Assembly (NCBI GenBank): GCA_963850905.1
Contig: CAWKMU010000003.1
Location: forward strand, 2,720,001-2,784,000
Length of the DNA: 64,000 bases
Origin: an uncultured Gemmatimonadales bacterium
GTDB taxonomy: Bacteria > Gemmatimonadota > Gemmatimonadetes > Gemmatimonadales > Gemmatimonadaceae
Direction of reading: 5' to 3'
In this document: positions 27,937 through 36,834 of the stretch, piece by piece
Numbering within the stretch: position 1 is the first letter of the stretch
Layout: each line of letters starts with the position of its first letter
The notes under the pieces: generated by a model
Told to the model about the DNA's origin: nothing
What the model saw: the letters and a program-made list of their open reading frames with translations, nothing else
The model's database searches: none
Program-made: the position numbers and the translations under genes

Positions 27937-29178
27937 ATGCACCCATTGGTCGCCTCGCCCAACTTCCGGCGGCTGTTTGTCGGCGACGTGCTGGTCAAGG
28001 TGGCGGAGCGATACTTCGCACTTACCGTCGCGTGGTGGCTGCTCGCTGGACCGCACGCGAGCGGCGGGCGCCTCGGCTTTCTGCTGATGCTGGAATCGCT
28101 GCCGATTCTGCTCGTCGGGGCGTTGAGCGGGCCGCTGATCGAGCGGTCGAGCAAGAAGCGCTGCATGGTGGCGAGTGCGTCGATTCAGTGTGCCATCGTG
28201 GCGATCGTCGCCGGATTACTCGCGGTCGATGCGCTGTCATTCCCTCGTCTGGTCGCGGCGGCGATTGCCCTGGGGTCGCTCATCCCGGTGTTCGAGGGGG
28301 CCGCCGCAGCCGCCCTCCCTCTGGCGGTCACCGCACGCCAACTCCCGGGGGCGGCGGCGCTGCAGTCGATGACAGTCGAGTTCTCCAACGTCATAGCGGC
28401 TGCGCTCGCCGCCATCGTCCTCGCAACGGGCGGCTTTGTCACTGCACTGGCTGTCAATGCGGCGCTGTATGGTGTGGCAGCACTATTTCTGCTGCGGCTT
28501 CGGGCTCCGGCATTCTCGCCGTCGCCGATCGTGCGCTCCTACGTGGCCGATCTCCGGGCCGGCCTTGCCCACATCCTGAACCGGAGACCCCTCGCCGCGT
28601 TCGTCGGAATCTATATCGCGGAGCTGTTTCTCTTCGTGCCCCTGTTGGTGCTGATCCCGATGCTGGTGCAGGCTACGCGGGGCGGGGGGGTCGGCTGGGT
28701 GGCAATTCTCGAGACCTCCTTCTCCCTCGGCGCTATCGCGACCGCGCTGGCACTCAGCACCGGGGATGCGACACAGCGGTTGTATCGCCGGTCGATGCTG
28801 GCGCTCGTGCTGCTCGCCGCCTCCATGCTCGCGTTGACACGTCTTCCGACGCTCATGGCGATGATCCCGGCCGTTGCGATCATGGGCGCGTGTGTCGCCG
28901 TGCTCATGGGGCTGGCCAACGTGCTCTTTCAGCAGGTTGTACCCGATCACCTGAAGGGGCGGTTCTTCGGAATCGTCGAGACTCTGGGTGCGGCCGCGAC
29001 GCCACTCGGCTACGCGTTGGTCGGACTCGCCTTCGGATGGAACGGAGTCGCTGGTGTGGTGGTCGTGACCGCCACCGGCCTTCTGGTCCTGGCGGCGTGC
29101 GTCTTTCGCGCCCCGCGCGTCGTCATGGCGCGCGTCCGGTATGGCGTGGCAGCGGACGGACTCCGGAGCGAGTCATGA
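27937..29178 (+). CDS. MFS transporter (DHA3/macrolide-efflux-like)
   Basis: NFRRLFVGD, GPLIERSSKKRCM motif A, QQVVPDHLKGRFFG, about 12 TM segments. Confidence 0.88.
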   Translation: MHPLVASPNFRRLFVGDVLVKVAERYFALTVAWWLLAGPHASGGRLGFLLMLESLPILLVGALSGPLIERSSKKRCMVASASIQCAIVAIVAGLLAVDALSFPRLVAAAIALGSLIPVFEGAAAAALPLAVTARQLPGAAALQSMTVEFSNVIAAALAAIVLATGGFVTALAVNAALYGVAALFLLRLRAPAFSPSPIVRSYVADLRAGLAHILNRRPLAAFVGIYIAELFLFVPLLVLIPMLVQATRGGGVGWVAILETSFSLGAIATALALSTGDATQRLYRRSMLALVLLAASMLALTRLPTLMAMIPAVAIMGACVAVLMGLANVLFQQVVPDHLKGRFFGIVETLGAAATPLGYALVGLAFGWNGVAGVVVVTATGLLVLAACVFRAPRVVMARVRYGVAADGLRSES

Positions 29179-30203
29179 TTGCTCCCGCCAACACTCGCCC
29201 CGATCGACTCGACGTGGTGTTGCTGCTGGACGACCCGGGAGAGTTCGGGGGTCGCTCCGACGGCTACGAAACGTTTCTCTTCGTCTCCGAGGTGGTCGAC
29301 GCGCTCGAGCCAGCACTCGAGCGACTAGGACATCGACCACGCCGGATGTCGTTCGCGATGGGTGTGCCCGAGCTCATGGCGCAGCTGGACGCTCGGCGTC
29401 CTGACGTCGTGTTCCACCTCGGCCAGCCGGTCCCGACCGACCCCGCTGGTGAAGCGCACGTGACCGCGATGCTCGATCTGCTCGGCGTTGCCCACACGTC
29501 GGAATCTCCCGAAACCCTGATGCTGGCACGGGATAAAGCGCGGGCGAAGGCATTGTTCGACCACGCCCGCATCCCGACACCGTCGTACGCCGTGTCCGCC
29601 GACGGTGAGCTGCCGGACGCGCTGCCACGCGCGCCCTGGATCGCCAAGCCGGCACTCGAGGACGGCAGCATGGGCATCGCGTATGCGCCCCCGACCCGCG
29701 CACGGGCGCAGCTGGCCGAGCGTGTGTGTGTGCTCCACCAGCGCTTTGGGCAACCAATCCTGATCGAGACATTCGTCGGTGGAAGGGAATTCCAGGTCGG
29801 AGTGGTCGGCTCGGAGCTCTTGCCGATCGTGGAGATCGATTTTTCGGGGCTGCCGCTGGGTGGTCCCCGCATGGTCGGCTACGAAACCAAGTGGAAATAC
29901 GACAGTGCGGCGTTCAAGGGGACGCATTACGCCTGCCCGGCGGAGGTGAGCGATGCGCTCGGTGAGCGTATTCGCCAACTCGCGCGCCGCACGTGCGAGA
30001 TCTTTGGCGTGCAGCGGTGCACGCGGCTCGACATCCGCATGGATGATCAGGACGGCTTGTATGTGCTCGATGTCAACCCCAATCCCGATCTGTCACCTGT
30101 GGCAACGATGCATGTGATGGCACACGTCGCCGGGTGGGGTTTTGACGGCATGGTGCAGCGCCTGCTCGACCTCGCGCGCACACCGCGCGCGCGCGGACGA
30201 TGA
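29175..30203 (+). CDS. ATP-grasp ligase, D-Ala-D-Ala ligase-like
   Basis: C-terminal part of ORF 27840..30203 from ATG 29175 (ATGA overlap). RDKARAK..IPTP, AKPALEDGSMGI, IETFVGGREF, YETKW, RLDIRM, LDVNPNP. Confidence 0.9.
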   Translation: MIAPANTRPDRLDVVLLLDDPGEFGGRSDGYETFLFVSEVVDALEPALERLGHRPRRMSFAMGVPELMAQLDARRPDVVFHLGQPVPTDPAGEAHVTAMLDLLGVAHTSESPETLMLARDKARAKALFDHARIPTPSYAVSADGELPDALPRAPWIAKPALEDGSMGIAYAPPTRARAQLAERVCVLHQRFGQPILIETFVGGREFQVGVVGSELLPIVEIDFSGLPLGGPRMVGYETKWKYDSAAFKGTHYACPAEVSDALGERIRQLARRTCEIFGVQRCTRLDIRMDDQDGLYVLDVNPNPDLSPVATMHVMAHVAGWGFDGMVQRLLDLARTPRARGR

Positions 30204-30231
30204 CCATCCACCGATCCGGCGCCGCCCGCAC

Positions 30232-31278
30232 ATGACGGTCGTCAGTGCATTCAATGAGTGGGACCCGTTGGAAGAGGTGATCGTTGGCAGAGTCGACGGC
30301 GCCCGCGTGCCCCGTGCTGACCCCGGGCTGCACGCGTTGGAGTTCCCCGACTTGCAGGACATGAATGAGATCCCGAGCGGGCCATTCTGCCAATGCGTGC
30401 TCGACGAGACGGCGGAGGATCTCGATGTGCTGGCCGCAGAGCTGACGAAGCTTGGCGTCGTCGTGAGACGTCCCCAGGCCATGGACCACGCGCAGGTGTT
30501 CCGCACGCCCGATTGGGAAACCGATGGCCTGTTCAACTACTGCCCCCGCGACAGTCTGCTCGTGATCGGCGACATGGTCATTGAGGCACCCATGGTCCTC
30601 CGCGCACGCCAGTACGAGAATCTCGCGTACCGGCCGCTTCTCACGAGCTACCTGATAGCGGGTGCGCGTTGGGTCAGTGCGCCGAGGCCGCGACTGCTGA
30701 ACAGCGTCTATCGCCGCTCCCAGGGGTTCCAGATCGCGATTGACGAGAGCGAACCGCTGTTCGACGCGGCCAACGTGGCGCGTTGCGGCACCGACCTCTT
30801 CTACCTCGTGTCGGACACGGGGAACTACCTCGGCGCACAGTGGCTCCAACAGGCCGTGGGGCCGACCTATCGGGTCCACGCCCTCGATCGCCTGCGCAAC
30901 ACGGCGCACATCGACACGACGATCGTCCTGGTGCGCCCTGGCTTGGTCTTCGTGCCGGCGCCGTTTGTCCGGCCTGACAACCTGCCCGCGCCGCTCCGCG
31001 ACTGGGACGTCGTCTACGTCGACGACCTGGTAGACAACACGCCGTGCGCGTGCCCGCAGCTCTCATCGAAGTGGGTCGGTCTCAATCTCTTCATGATCAA
31101 CCCGTCGCTCGCCGTCGTCGATTGCCGCCAACACACGCTCATCCGCCAGTTGGAACAACGAGGCATCGATGTGCTGCCCCTGCGCCTCCGCCACGCGCGT
31201 ACCCTCGGCGGTGGGTTTCACTGCGTCACGCTCGACATCCGCCGGCGCGGATCGCTCGAGGACTACTGCCACGGGTGA
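30232..31278 (+). CDS. L-arginine amidinotransferase, StrB1 (inosamine-phosphate amidinotransferase)-like
   Basis: NEWDPLEEVIVG, YCPRD, FDAANV (Asp), HIDT (His), GGGFHC (Cys). Confidence 0.93.
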   Translation: MTVVSAFNEWDPLEEVIVGRVDGARVPRADPGLHALEFPDLQDMNEIPSGPFCQCVLDETAEDLDVLAAELTKLGVVVRRPQAMDHAQVFRTPDWETDGLFNYCPRDSLLVIGDMVIEAPMVLRARQYENLAYRPLLTSYLIAGARWVSAPRPRLLNSVYRRSQGFQIAIDESEPLFDAANVARCGTDLFYLVSDTGNYLGAQWLQQAVGPTYRVHALDRLRNTAHIDTTIVLVRPGLVFVPAPFVRPDNLPAPLRDWDVVYVDDLVDNTPCACPQLSSKWVGLNLFMINPSLAVVDCRQHTLIRQLEQRGIDVLPLRLRHARTLGGGFHCVTLDIRRRGSLEDYCHG

Positions 31279-31463
31279 CGGGTGAGCGGAACGGCCACGA
31301 CACGTGACAACGGCGGGTAGGGGCGACGCAATGCGTCGCCCTACGGTGCGGCAATGCAACCCACGCTTCGTCGCGCGCTCCAAATTGCGACGCCAATGGC
31401 AGGCATCGTTGCCGTCACCCCGAAACCCGTCACCGATTCCCCTTACCCCGTCACCCGTCACCC
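31271..31463. repeat. Composite element: family A REP flanked by inverted heptamer runs
   Basis: gggtgacgggtga (31273-31285) and tcacccgtcaccc (31451-31463) flank the REP at 31317-31341, between convergent genes. Confidence 0.75.
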
Positions 31464-31469
31464 AACTTC

Positions 31470-32480
31470 TCAGTTGTTACTGAAGCTGTTGGACGTGCAA
31501 TCCTGAATCTGGTTCGAGTAGAACTGCTGCACGACGTACACGTGGCGGTTGAGGCGGACGGGCACGCGGAACCCGAAGCAGAGGTCAGCGACCTCGTTTC
31601 CTGTGAGGAGACTGACCCACGCGTCCCCATCGGGGTCGGTAACCGCCTCCATGAACTCGTGCGACAGGGTGGACGCGGTGGCATCGATGAGTCGCGTCTG
31701 TGTCGGGAGCGGGCAGCCTGGGACGGCCTGATAAGGCTGGACCGAAAACAGCACATGCGTGCTCCCGAAATCCACCGAGGCGTGGAAAGCACAGAACTCG
31801 AATGTGCTGAGGTTGTCAGGCGAGTAACATTCGGTCGAGTTGATGCACATGTCCGTGCCTGGCGGCAAGAACACGTGATAAATGTTGGTGTAGCCGGTCG
31901 CTCCCGTAGAGGCAACGGCCGAGGCGATGATGTTGAAGATGTCCGAGAGCTGCGCAGTGTTGTCCGTAAACGTGTAGGTCGTGCTCAGTTGTTGGACGCT
32001 GAACTGGCCGGCCGCGTCCTCGCCCAGGTATTGATTCGCGACCTGAATCAAGCTGCTGCGATTCAGGTCGAAGAGGAGTGTTGCGGGCGTGAGCGACCCC
32101 GTGCTCCAGCAACTCACCGCGCAGTTGGTGTAAATGTTCCAGGACGTCGCGCTTGTCACGAAGGGACCACCCAGATAGGTCAGGTTCCACGGTGAGTTCG
32201 TTTGGCCTCTTGCCCGCATCGTGCCTTGCTCACGATCCGCGACCTGAATGGTGGGCTGCTCACTGAGCTTGAGGGTGCCCATTCGTGACGTGGCGCCACT
32301 CCCAGGTGTGACGGTGAATGCTGCCGTCGGAAGGTTGGGGACGTCTTCGCTGCTCGCGGTTGACGTAGGGCTATCGCCGGCGCATGCGGCGAGGACGAGA
32401 CCTGCCGATCCCACGAGCGCGGGGCCGATGAACGTTGACACACGATTGAAGCGCGCCTGCATGCCGAAGGTGCGACGCAT
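31470..32480 (-). CDS. Phi-1/EXORDIUM-like lipoprotein, paralogue 2
   Basis: Lipobox LAAC, LTYLGGP, FCAFH, SHEFMEAVTDP, EVADLC. Clearly homologous to 22911..23927. Confidence 0.75.
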   Translation of the reverse strand: MRRTFGMQARFNRVSTFIGPALVGSAGLVLAACAGDSPTSTASSEDVPNLPTAAFTVTPGSGATSRMGTLKLSEQPTIQVADREQGTMRARGQTNSPWNLTYLGGPFVTSATSWNIYTNCAVSCWSTGSLTPATLLFDLNRSSLIQVANQYLGEDAAGQFSVQQLSTTYTFTDNTAQLSDIFNIIASAVASTGATGYTNIYHVFLPPGTDMCINSTECYSPDNLSTFEFCAFHASVDFGSTHVLFSVQPYQAVPGCPLPTQTRLIDATASTLSHEFMEAVTDPDGDAWVSLLTGNEVADLCFGFRVPVRLNRHVYVVQQFYSNQIQDCTSNSFSNN

Positions 32481-32813
32481 ACGGAGTGTCCTTGCCGGTC
32501 AGTGCCGGCTCCGAAGTCCGAGAGTAACCGCGGGACATGAGACTGCTCGCGAAGGCACACCGATCTGCACCGCGGCACTGGCGGGCGCAAGTCCGCCGCG
32601 TAACGGCACGGCAAAGGGGCGACACCTTGAGAATCTCCGAGCGTTGTTCCGATAATTGACGGTGCCGGCAAATGCCGCTCACCGGTTGATTCGGCAACGC
32701 TCGAGCACGCTAACGCTCGTGTTACTCCCGTCCGGATGGTCGTTATGGCTCAGGTCGAGAAGCAGGCAGTAACGGATCGGTCATCGGACGCAGGCCACCG
32801 GCGCCACGCTACG

Positions 32814-33389
32814 ATGGAGCCTCAGCGGCTGGAGGCGTTCAGCGATGGCGTCGTGGCGATCCTGATCACCATCCTCGTGCTGGAATTCCACGTGCCCGCC
32901 GGCGGAGCGTGGAGCGCGCTCCGGCCAATGCTGCCGACGTTCCTTACTTATGCGCTCAGCTTCGTCTTCATCGGCATCTACTGGAACAATCACCACCACA
33001 TGCTGCAGCTCACGGATCGCATCAATGGCGGTATCCTGTGGGCGAACCTCCATCTCTTGTTTTGGTTGTCCCTCGTCCCATTCGTCACCGCCTGGATGGG
33101 CACCCATCTGCACGACGCCGCGCCGACCGCCCTCTACGGCGTCGTGCTCCTCGGCGCGGCGATCGCCTACACGATCCTCCAGCGGGCGATCATACGTGAA
33201 CAAGGAGCAGACTCCCCGTTGGCCGCCGCCGTCGGCGGCGACCGCAAGGGCAAGATTTCAGTCCTCTGCTACATCGTGGCGATTGCGCTCGCCTTCGTGC
33301 AGCCGGCTGCGGCCGACGCGCTCTACGTGACCGTCGCGCTCACGTGGCTGATCCCCGATCGGCGGATCGAGGGGCGCCTCCGGCGGTGA
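32814..33389 (+). CDS. TMEM175-family potassium channel (DUF1211)
   Basis: RLEAFSDGVVAILITILVLE, YWNNHHH, ANLHLLFWLSLVPF. Confidence 0.93.
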   Translation: MEPQRLEAFSDGVVAILITILVLEFHVPAGGAWSALRPMLPTFLTYALSFVFIGIYWNNHHHMLQLTDRINGGILWANLHLLFWLSLVPFVTAWMGTHLHDAAPTALYGVVLLGAAIAYTILQRAIIREQGADSPLAAAVGGDRKGKISVLCYIVAIALAFVQPAAADALYVTVALTWLIPDRRIEGRLRR

Positions 33390-33401
33390 GTCACTCGCCG
33401 A

Positions 33402-34856
33402 CTACGGGCGCTGGAACAGCATCTCCTGGATTTTGCCATCAGGCGTCCGATACATGAGCGCATCCCCGACTGCTGATCCCATCTTGAATCGAATGCTTGC
33501 GACTTCCATCCCGCCGCGCTCCGAGAGCCTGCGCACCTCGACCCCCGAGATCGGACGCAACGACTTGCGCGCCTGGGCCACCAGCTCGGGCGTCAGGAAG
33601 GCGCTGTAATCGTCGCCCAACGTCGAGCGATCGACGCGACCCTGTTGCAGTCCGGTCAGAAATGTCTGGGCGGCGACTTGCGCTGTCGGCCCGGTGACCG
33701 TTGGCACGTCCGGGTGCGGGAGCAGCTTGCCCAGAATGGCGCGCCCAAGTGAATCGAGCGAACCGAAGTCCGTGTTCGCGAGCATCACGATCGCCGACCG
33801 CGTCGCAGGGACGACAATGTTCTCCGCGACGAATCCGCTGACGGCGCCGCCGTGCTCCAACACCACGGCCTGACCTCGATCGTTCACGCCATCACCGCAG
33901 CCGTATCCCGTCGAGCGGCCATCCGGCAGACGCCGTGGCGTCGTCAGGATCGCATACGAGTCGGCGCTCAACACCTTTCCGCCGATCACGGCGAGGTCCC
34001 ACGTCAAGAGATCGGTCGGCGTCGACCAGATCGCGCCAGCGGTTCCCGCCCAGCCGCGCCCTTCCGGTGCCGCGGGGAATGGCGGCCCGAACGCGAAGGT
34101 GGTGTAGCCGCTGGCCATGTTCGCTCCGCCGCGCGTCGGCTCGAATTGCGTATGCTGCATGCCGACGGGCGTGAGAATGCGTTGTGTCAAGTTGCTGCCG
34201 TAGCTCTGGCCACTCACCTTTTCAATGACGCGACCCAGGATCAGGAAGTTCGTGTTGCTGTACGACCATCGGGTTCCCGGATCGAAGTCGAGTGGACGGG
34301 TCGCGTACTCGGCGATGATGCTGTCCTGGGTTTGGTCGTGTTGCATCTCGCGATCGACGAAATCCAGCGGATAGTAGTCGCGATAACCGGACACATGCTG
34401 CCCGAGCTCGAGGAGCGAGATGTCCGAGGCGCGTGTCAGGTTGGGGAAGTACTTGGCGACCGGGTCTTGCATCGACAGCTTGCCATCCTGCGCCAACAGC
34501 AGCGTCAGGGAGCACGTGAATTGCTTGGTGACGGAGCCAATCGCGAACATCGTTTCTGCGGAGACTGAGTCCTTGCCACCGAGGGCGCGAAGGCCGTAGC
34601 CCTTGGCGAGCACGATCTTTCCGTTCTGTGCGACCCCGACATTGAGCCCGATGAGATGCTTCGAGACGAGTGTCGCCCGAATCATGCTGTCGAGCTGGGC
34701 CACGTTGACCGGAGGTACCGACGCGGGGCTCGCGGTCCACGGCGCCGCAACGCTGGTCGAAGACGTGGTAGGTGCCGACTGCTGCGTTGCTGGAGGGCAG
34801 GCGAGACAGAGAAGTGCCGCCGTTGCGGCGACACACGGGCGTGCGATGCGGTTCAT
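33402..34856 (-). CDS. Serine hydrolase, beta-lactamase/class C family lipoprotein
   Basis: IGSVTK (SxxK), YSN, HGG triad, lipobox. Confidence 0.92.
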   Translation of the reverse strand: MNRIARPCVAATAALLCLACPPATQQSAPTTSSTSVAAPWTASPASVPPVNVAQLDSMIRATLVSKHLIGLNVGVAQNGKIVLAKGYGLRALGGKDSVSAETMFAIGSVTKQFTCSLTLLLAQDGKLSMQDPVAKYFPNLTRASDISLLELGQHVSGYRDYYPLDFVDREMQHDQTQDSIIAEYATRPLDFDPGTRWSYSNTNFLILGRVIEKVSGQSYGSNLTQRILTPVGMQHTQFEPTRGGANMASGYTTFAFGPPFPAAPEGRGWAGTAGAIWSTPTDLLTWDLAVIGGKVLSADSYAILTTPRRLPDGRSTGYGCGDGVNDRGQAVVLEHGGAVSGFVAENIVVPATRSAIVMLANTDFGSLDSLGRAILGKLLPHPDVPTVTGPTAQVAAQTFLTGLQQGRVDRSTLGDDYSAFLTPELVAQARKSLRPISGVEVRRLSERGGMEVASIRFKMGSAVGDALMYRTPDGKIQEMLFQRP

Positions 34857-34950
34857 TGGGGCGCTCGAAGGGAGAGAGACATGATGCGTCGGTCGGGAGT
34901 ATGGAAGACGACCTCGTCCAGGGCAAGCGGGGAGGGCCGGCTTTCAGGCG

Positions 34951-34978
34951 TGTCGATTTTGCCATTCCCCGTTCGACG
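34951..34978 (+). promoter_or_regulatory. ECF42-type promoter
   Basis: TGTCGA (-35) ... GTTCGAC (-10) upstream of the DGPF gene. Matches the ECF42 target motif as I recall it. Confidence 0.7.
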
Positions 34979-35040
34979 TATCCATGAACCGTGGCACGAG
35001 TCCGCGGGATCACCCACCTGACCAACTTGGAGATACGACC

Positions 35041-35466
35041 ATGCGCTTCATGATGCTGATGATTCCGAAGGGGTATGAGCAGGCGGCGCCGGGAACGTTG
35101 CCCGATCCAAAGGCCGTCTCGGTCATGGAGAAATACAACGAGTCCCTGCAGAAGGCCGGCGTCCTGATCGCGCTCGATGGGCTCCACCCCCCCTCCATGG
35201 GGGCGCGCGTCTCCTTCTCGGGTGGGAAACCCAAAGTGACCGACGGGCCCTTCTCCGAGGTGAAAGAGGTTCTGGGCGGCTACTGGATGATTCAGGCCAG
35301 ATCGAAGGAGGAAGCCATCGAGTGGGCCAAGCGCTGCCCCGCCTCTGACAACGAAGTGATCGAGGTGCGCCAGGTGATGGAATTCGCGGACCCGGCTGTC
35401 GTCCAGGCGGTCGCTGGCGGATTCCAGGAAATGCAATCACAGGCAGCGCGGAGCGGGGGGCGCTGA
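35041..35466 (+). CDS. YciI/DGPF-family protein
   Basis: MRFMMLMIP, VTDGPFSEVKEVLGGYW, EWAKRCP. RBS GGAG. Confidence 0.93.
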   Translation: MRFMMLMIPKGYEQAAPGTLPDPKAVSVMEKYNESLQKAGVLIALDGLHPPSMGARVSFSGGKPKVTDGPFSEVKEVLGGYWMIQARSKEEAIEWAKRCPASDNEVIEVRQVMEFADPAVVQAVAGGFQEMQSQAARSGGR

Positions 35467-35524
35467 TGGTGTGCTGGTTGGCGGCGGTGCGCGCCGGGCG
35501 TCACCTGGATCCGGGCGCATCGCC

Positions 35525-36803
35525 GTGACGACCGCGGAAACCCACCGCGTCGTCGACGCGGTCTGGCGCATCGAGTCGGCCACCGTGATTGCCAGCCTGA
35601 CACGGATCGTGAGGGATGTCGGAGCGGCCGAAGACCTCGCCCAGGACGCCCTGGTGGCGGCGCTCGAGCAATGGCCCGAGACGGGCGTTCCGCGGAATCC
35701 CGGCGCGTGGCTCATGGCCACGGCGAAACGGCGCGCGATCGATCTTCTGCGACGCAACTCTCGGGTCGAACGCAAACACGAGGAGCTCGACCGCGAGCTC
35801 GAGGCGCAGCAGGAGGCCGCGGTCGACTCGCTCAATGTCATGATCGATGATGACATTGGCGACGATCTGCTGCGGCTGATCTTCACCTGCTGTCACCCGG
35901 TATTGTCGCCGGAGGCGCGGGTCACGCTGACGCTGCGGTTGCTCGGAGGGCTCAGTACGGCGGAGATCGGACGCGCGTTCCTGGTCCCCGAGCCGACAAT
36001 TAGTCAGCGAATCGTCCGGGCGAAACGGACGTTGGTTGCCGCCAACGTGCCCTTCGAGGCACCGCGAGGCGCGGAGCTGGTCGCGCGCCTCGCCTCTGTC
36101 CTCGAGGTGCTCTACCTCATCTTCAATGAGGGCTACGCCGCGACTGGCGGCGATGACTGGACGCGACCGGCGCTCTGCGAGGACGCGCTGCGCCTTGGCC
36201 GCATCTTGGCCGAGTTGGTGCCCGCCAATGCCGAGGTCCACGGGTTGGTCGCCCTGATGGAGATTCAAGCATCTCGCCTCAATGCGCGTTTCGGATGCCT
36301 CGGGCGCCCCGGTACTCCTGCTCGACCAGGACCGTACTCGATGGAATCGGCTGCTCATCCGCCGCGGGCTTGCAGCGCTCGCCCGCATCGAATCGCTCGG
36401 GGCAGCGCTCGGCCCCTACGGGCTCCAGGCGGCGATCGCAGCCTGCCACGCGCTGGCGCCGACAGGTGCGGACACCGACTGGATCCGGATCGTCGCACTG
36501 TACGACGCGCTGGCCGAGCTGCAGCCGTCGCCGGTCGTGCAGATCAATCGTGCGGTCGCCATTGCGATGGCGTTTGGACCTTCGGCGGCGCTGGAGCTCG
36601 TGGACCAGCTGACGTCGGAGCCCGCACTCACCGCGTCGCACATGTTACCGACCGTGCGCGGCGATCTCCTGAGCAAGCTCGGCCGCAATGATGAGGCCCG
36701 CGCCGAATTCGCGCGGGCCGCATCGCTCACGAGCAACGGTCGCGAGCGTGCGTTGCTACTAGAGCGTGCGGCCGCCAACGCGTCGAGGAACCCCGAGCCC
36801 TAG
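35525..36803 (+). pseudogene. ECF42 sigma factor with TPR-like C-terminal extension, +1 frameshift near 36290
   Basis: AEDLAQDALVAAL, DDLLRLIFTCCHP, QRIVRAKRTL, LYLIFNEGY. Removing one T from CGTTTCG restores ARSDASGAPVLLLDQDRTRW...GPYGLQAAIAACH. Confidence 0.88.
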
Positions 36804-36834
36804 CCCCGCCGCTCGTCTCCTTTCTCCTCACTCC

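Noticed and set aside
27840..29174. Apparent 445-aa N-terminal extension of the ATP-grasp ligase
   Set aside because: Off-frame overlap of the MFS gene. The real start is ATG 29175, coupled to the MFS stop.
29175..30203. Call as housekeeping ddl or a van resistance ligase
   Set aside because: It lacks the GGxSxEHEVS N-terminal motif and any mur/van context.
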